Origin: the human T2T-CHM13v2.0 reference genome, Homo sapiens
Assembly (NCBI RefSeq): GCF_009914755.1
Contig: NC_060944.1
DNA length: 64,000 bases
Strand: one strand, 5' to 3'
The notes beneath the pieces were generated by a model that ran no database searches, was not told where the DNA came from, and saw only the letters and a program-made list of their open reading frames with translations. The translations under genes were made by a program, and so were the position numbers. Below are positions 54,113-64,000 of the stretch, in pieces (the first letter of the stretch is position 1; each line of letters begins with the position of its first letter).

Positions 54113-54430
54113 TCAGAGTATTCTGAAGAGCCCAGGCATCATGGGCCCACCAAGCATCCCGGCCTGGGCTGAACCCCTCCAGCACCCAATGCCCCCACAA
54201 GCCCTTCACCCCGATCGGCTCAAAGAGCTTCTCTCTAATCTTTCTCTGCCAGTGTGGAGCCTTCCTAGGCATCAGTTACTAGGAGAGATTGCCCGGTCAA
54301 AGACCTTGCTTAACTTGAAAGCTCTTCTTCCCAAAGCCATAAAGCTCCTAACACCCAGCTCTGACACCCCTTTTAAACGCACTCATTAGCCTGTCTATAA
54401 CCGCTTTTGCCCCCTCAAATGAGGGCTTCA

Positions 54431-54712
<282 letters not shown>

Positions 54713-55403
54713 CTAAAGCCATTCCTCTTTCTGGGTTCCCATCTCTGTGACTGATCCCACAGGCCCCCCAATCACCCAGACCCGCGTGAGGGAGGAGTCC
54801 CCAACGCCCTCCTACAGGGAAGCCACCACCAGGCCTAGTGACTCTGCCTCCGAACAACTCCCAGCTTCTCTATTCTCACTGCCGCTGCTCTAGTCCGTGA
54901 CCCTGTCGCTTCTTCCCAGTCTCCCTACCACAACCCATCCTCCATGCAGCAGCCATTTCTAACATGTATCTTCTCAGAGAAATCTTCTCAACGCCCTCCA
55001 GTTATTTCCCCTTGCTCTGCATATCAGGTCAAACACTTTTCTATTGGCCTATTAGGCCCTGACACATCTGGTCTTCACGAAGTTCACACCATACCCGCAG
55101 TGAAGGCTCCCTTTGCTCACTGCTATCCTGTGGGCCTCTTTTCTGTTTCCTGAACACTCCAGCCATTCCTGCCTCAGGGCCTCTGCACTCTGCGTACCTG
55201 CTTTGAACAAAGCTGGCTCCCTCCCAGCTATTCCCAACCATGGCCCTGTCTGTGCCTGCCCTTGGGCCATCAGCTCAGCTGCCCTAGCCTCGCACCCTCA
55301 GAAGTCAGGAGGCCCCAGCATGAATGCCAGAGCCTGCCATCCTCCCATCTTCCAGATCCTGCTGCTTGAGGTGATGGGAGTCCTGCCAGGCCTGCGGCCA
55401 TCA

Positions 55404-55634
<231 letters not shown>

Positions 55635-57126
55635 TCAGGGCCTGGACTTCCCAACTGGTACCTGCTCCAGGGAACAACTCTGGCAGAGCCAAAACTACCT
55701 CCTTCCCAACTCCCATCCCCAGCCACCTCCGGCCCCTCTGAAAACTCAGCAGTGGTCAGGACACAACTTGGAGCCAGATAGATCTGAGTTCAAACCCTGG
55801 CTCTGCCACTTGCCAGCTGTGTGACCTTGGGCAAATCACTTCACCTCTCTGAGCCTCAGTCTTCTCCTCTGTAAATAGGGCTCACAATAGTATGGATTAA
55901 GTGAGACAGAAGCCATGTACAGCCCCCCGCCCCAGATATAGATATCAGGAAATCATTCTTTCCTTTCCCATCCCCTTCTGCCTGGGCGCCAAGGACTGAG
56001 GCATCAACCCTGAGTGACCAGGGCTTGATACCCCACAACACCTCCCCCTCAGCAGGATCCACATGGCAGGATCCAGGGTTTGCTCTGCACTGAAAGGACT
56101 GGAGCACTAGCAGCCTCTGTGTGGGGGAATCTCAGGCAAAGTCTGGCCAAAAAATGACTACGAGCAGCTACCATGTGTGGGGTACTTGCTTTCTGCCAGA
56201 CATGACTCTAAATCCTCCATACCCCATCTCATTCTTCCTCATAGAAACCCTGTGAGGCAGCCATGACCATTATCATCACTTACAGATGCCCAGAGAGGAG
56301 CTAAGACGCACTTGGGCCACTCTACATGAAATTCCAGAATAGACACCAGAACTAAGGGCTACTGACCACCAGCCCACACTCCTCCCATGTGGCATGACTA
56401 GGGCACAGGTGTGGGGTTCCCAGGAGCCTCTTGTGAGCAAAGGACGCTGGCCAAGCAGAGCCAGCTGCTTCTACCCACAACTGGAGCAGACAATAGTCTT
56501 AAGAATTGCAGTGAGCCAAGATCGCACCACTGCACTCCAGTATGGGCAACGGGGCAAGACTCTGTCTCAAAAAGAAAAAAAAAAAAGAAGAAAGCCACGG
56601 TGCCAAGGCTGAGGAATGGGGATCATGCCCATTCAGCCCTGGTCAGTCTGTGAAGGAGTGCTGTGCCACCCCCTCCTGTCCACCTGTGGTTGGTTAGAAG
56701 CAATCTTGAATGTCCTAATCACTGGGTCAGATCTAACCACTCCCCTCCCCAAGTCCAAGCAGACATGTGCCCAGCCTGTGAAAACTCCATTCTCGTTAGA
56801 CTTGGTCCTTCCTCAGTCCTTTAGACCGCCATACCCTAGGCAGTGAACCTCTTTTTCTGCCCCGTAGCCCTCCCCAGTTCTTTGGAAAGAGATCCACATC
56901 CTTCCTTTAATGAACTTCCCCTCCGCTTCATCATGTAGTTCCCAATCATAAGATCTTGCTCTTCCTGGTTACACGGCTTGACCTGGGTCAATAAACAACT
57001 TCCACAGGATTTTAGATGATGATGGGACAAAGCAGCTCTTTCCTGTGGGGTCGCTGGGCTAGGATTTTGTGGCGGTGACTCCTCTCCCTTTCTGATATGT
57101 AAGGAAGTCTGTTGCTCTAGCAGTCA

Positions 57127-57264
<138 letters not shown>

Positions 57265-57399
57265 CTAGAAGAGCCATCAAAACAAGGCTGTTGGTCACTG
57301 ATGGCTCAAAAGCACCAGGGACGCTGGGCGAGGAAAAGGGAGAGCTTCGGGTAGTGGGGAGAGGCTTGGGATCTAGGCACAGCAAGCTCTAGGATCACA

Positions 57400-58010
57400 G
57401 GCTGGGGATGCTGGGTGGGCAGATGGGAGCCAGAGCAGGGGCGAGATCCAACTCAGGTTTTAAAACCTCACTCCAGTGCTGTGTGGAAGGGAAAGGGTGG
57501 AAGCAAGGGGACAACTGCAGAGACTGTTGGAGAAGACTCCAGACAAGAAATATGACAGTAGCAGTGGAGATGATGAGAAGTTGTCACATCCTGGGTCTAC
57601 TCTGAAGGCTGCACTGACAGGATTTGCAGAGGGATGAGTTGTTGGAGTAAAGGGAGTTGGGAGTGGGGAGGAAAGGGAGGGGAGGAGATGACTCCCAGAT
57701 TCGTGAATTGAGAGAACCCAGAAGGCTGGAACAGAGGTTCCATTTACTCAGGTGGGGAAGGCTTTGGGAAGAAGAGGGGGCAGAAAATCCTGAGTCTGTT
57801 TGAACGCGTTCTGCCTGAGATGAGTACTAGACCTCCAGGGAGCGTCAACGCCCCCGCTCCTGGATATGCCAGTCTTGAGTTCCAGGAGAAGTCCAGGCTA
57901 GTACAAAAATGTGACAGTCATCACCAGATAGTGTCTAAAGCTATAAAATCAGACCGCCAAGAGTGAATGCTGAAAAGAAAGAAGAGGTCCAAGGACTCAG
58001 CCCTGAGCCC
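57400..58010. mobile_element. LINE-2 fragment
   Basis: Purine-rich L2-like phrases (gtagcagtggagatgatgagaag, acaggatttgcag, ggagatgactcccagatt). Confidence 0.6.
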
Positions 58011-58328
58011 CTCTGTGGATTTTGGCTCCATTGCCCTACCCTGCTTTGGGAAACCAGCTTGCTTCTTGACTCTCTGAGACCTTAGGAGAGCTGTTAATCA
58101 TTGGCACACATGACCCAGGCTGAACCAATCAGAGCTGCCATCATCCAGCAGCCATGATGGGTCCAGGGTAGGCCTGTGACCCCCGAAGGGCCAAGGCAAG
58201 CTGGCCCTTAAGAGACTAAGTAGGACATGGGTGTTGAATTTTTCCTGCCAGAGCATCCATCAGGAGGATGCCTTGAGGGTAGCCAACAGTGACCTTCCCA
58301 GCCAGGGAGAAAATCTGCAGAACACTCA

Positions 58329-58730
<402 letters not shown>

Positions 58731-59489
58731 TCATCCCACCAACCAAGAGGGGCGGTCACTGCATGGACCCCGATCCACGTGTGGACTCAACACACTAGGG
58801 CTTAGCACTCTGTCACCGCATTCTCTCACTCATGCAACAAGTATTTATGAAGCCAGAGTACTCAAGAAAGACACGGTCCCTGCCTACCTGCACCTTTCTG
58901 ACTTGTGGGAGAACACATTTAATCACACAGGGACACAAAAATTACAACATAAAGAAGCGTCCCTTTGAAAAATAGCTCACATGATACTTCCCACTACCCT
59001 GCCTTTCTGCTGACACCTACCAACCTCCAGGCCACTCCTCACTCCCTAAAGACTCCCTAAAGATGTTAGCTGCTGGTTCTCCATCTTCCTCTCTCAGTCA
59101 TCACTCTCGGTGATTCAACACTTATAAATACTATCTAACATTTTGGATTTGACAGTTCCTTGATCTCCTTTTAGATGTAAAAATGCTTCCCCACTCCTGA
59201 TGTTTCTTTCCACCTGGAGGAACTCATCCGTATAACGAATGCTCTTGGCCTCTCTGCCCCAGGGGAGGTGGGGTGAGCTTGTCTGACCAGTAAAACTGAG
59301 AGGAAAAAATGGTGTGCTCAGCTTAGCTCTCCCTTCTTTTTGCAAGCAAGCACTCACCTGCCCACTTGCAGGAAGCTGGTGTTCTCTGCTTTTCCAGAGA
59401 CCAACCTACCCTGGCCCACCTTGCCTGCAACTGATTGGGTAACTGCTGAATCTGGGGGTTCAATAAGCAGGATCATTTGGATTTCATAT

Positions 59490-59632
59490 TAATCTATATC
59501 CTCTGGCTTTGAGGTTATTAGTAATAAAAGGTAATATTTCAGGTGTTGCCACCTAAAATACTAATCTACATCCTCTGGCTTCATGGTTACTAGTAACAAA
59601 AAGTATTTCAGGTGCTATCTGCCACCTAAAAT
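59490..59632. repeat. Diverged ~72-bp tandem duplication
   Basis: taatcta.atcctctggctt...ggtta.tagtaa.aaaa...tatttcaggtg...tgccacctaaaat at 59490 and 59562. Confidence 0.85.
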
Positions 59633-60426
59633 GTCTCGAATTTGTTCAAATTCTCAGGCAGGAAAGAAGGATATTATTATGAGCTAACTCACTATCTCAA
59701 TACTCTCCCCTACCACACTGGTCCACTTCCAAGGTCATACCCTAGGTCAGTCCCTAGGTCAAAGTTTGCAGACTTCCCCGGTAAGGGATGTTCCTCTGGC
59801 ATGCTTGTAAATCTCCCCTGGAAAATATGATTCAGCAGGTCTAAGACTCCTGGTGATTTTTATCTTTAGGGAAGCTGAGATCCTGCCAAACACCCAAAGA
59901 GGTAGGCGGTGGGAGGCAAAGGACTCTGTAGAGAATTTAATAATCTAAGAATTTAATAATCAATAAAATTGTCTGTCAGTCAGCTTCCTACAGTGCATTT
60001 TAACAATTTCAGAGATGAAACACGCCTCCCGCATGAGAGACCACTCCGGCTGTGCCTCAACTCAAGCCACCCACCCCAGCCCTCCTACCCTAGTAGGCCA
60101 TCACCAGTGATAGCTCTCCTTGGAAATCTGGACTTCAAGCACCCAACTCTAGCCACGCCTCATCTTTCTGGTTTTCTCCTTCCAGAGGCCAAGCTCCAAC
60201 AAGGCTGTGGCCTGTCAGGTGAGAACCTCTATTCAATTCATCCTACCAATTTCTAGTGTCCCTTCTACCCCCTTTCCCTTTGAGAACTCACTTGGCAAAA
60301 CTCTCAGCCCAATTAAACCCGACCCTCCACTGCACCGGACCCACTGAACCCAGCAGGAGGACAATCACAACCCCACCAAGACATCATATTTAATTAATTA
60401 ATTAATTAATTATTTTAGAGACATAG

Positions 60427-60640
<214 letters not shown>

Positions 60641-60951
60641 TGATCCACCTGCTTCAGCCTCCCAAAGTGCTGGGATTACAGGTGTGAGCCACCACACCTG
60701 GCCAAGATATCATATTTATTAAGACCATAAAAGACACATAGCACATTGCAGCAATCCTATGACATTTTCCTAGTAAATTTACTCCCATTTTCTACTCTCC
60801 TCAACCCTCCAACACCTTTCCCCATTGAATGACAATCTCACTTCCCAATTCACTGAGATGAATTCAGAACCAGGCCACTTTTCCCCTATGGAATCCACTA
60901 GTCACCTATAGCAGTCATCTACAGCTTCAGACCAGGCACTCTTTCCTGTTA

Positions 60952-61137
<186 letters not shown>

Positions 61138-61140
61138 TCA

Positions 61141-62307
<1,167 letters not shown>

Positions 62308-62399
62308 CTATCCCTGCTCCATGGGGCCTGATTCCATATCCCCTCTCCTCCTTAAGGACTTCCATACTCCACTAAAACTGCTCTTCCGTCCAAAGACCA

Positions 62400-63720
<1,321 letters not shown>

Positions 63721-64000
63721 GAAAGAACCTAGTATATCCCTGCTAGAGGAACCAAGAGTGCACCAGGGTGACTCAAATAGAGGCATAAGATGAGTTGGGA
63801 CTTCAGTCCCAGTGAAGTGGGGAACCTACAGTTTTCAGGGACCAGCATTCAGAGACCAGATTTGTCTTTTGAAAAGACCCCATTGGCTGCTGTGTGGATC
63901 TGCGGAGCAAGAGATCCAGGGAGACCTGCAAGGAGAGAGACCAGACTGGGGTGGTGACCGTGGAGACAGACAAGTGGCAGATCTGCTCACATAAAATGGA

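Overview
Repeat-rich primate (human-type) genomic DNA from the ASIP-AHCY locus (human chr20q11.22 by gene content). On the + strand are the three coding exons of ASIP (agouti signaling protein, 132 aa; 23490-32282) and candidate non-coding first exons about 18-19 kb upstream. On the - strand, convergent with ASIP, are exons 2-10 and the 3'UTR of AHCY (adenosylhomocysteinase); exon 1 lies beyond the right edge. All exon phases were checked by hand and give uninterrupted reading frames. A frameshifted DENR processed pseudogene (- strand, ~6554-9622) sits upstream of the ASIP coding exons. The rest is dozens of Alus, an old L1, a HERV-K LTR5 solo LTR, two directly oriented LTR13 solo LTRs, MaLR/MER LTRs, nested Tigger2/hAT DNA transposons, MIR/L2 and a complex (TA)n tract. 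Nearly all other ORF-track entries are Alu-, LTR- or antisense-derived noise. I see no convincing new multi-gene system. The best leads are a splice-created upstream ATG for ASIP, a pre-miRNA-sized hairpin between ASIP and AHCY, a microhomology DENR/Alu fusion without a TSD, the LTR13 pair bracketing both genes, and several template-switch or inverted-Alu collapse scars. Repeat subfamily names come from recalled consensus sequences and need RepeatMasker/Dfam confirmation.
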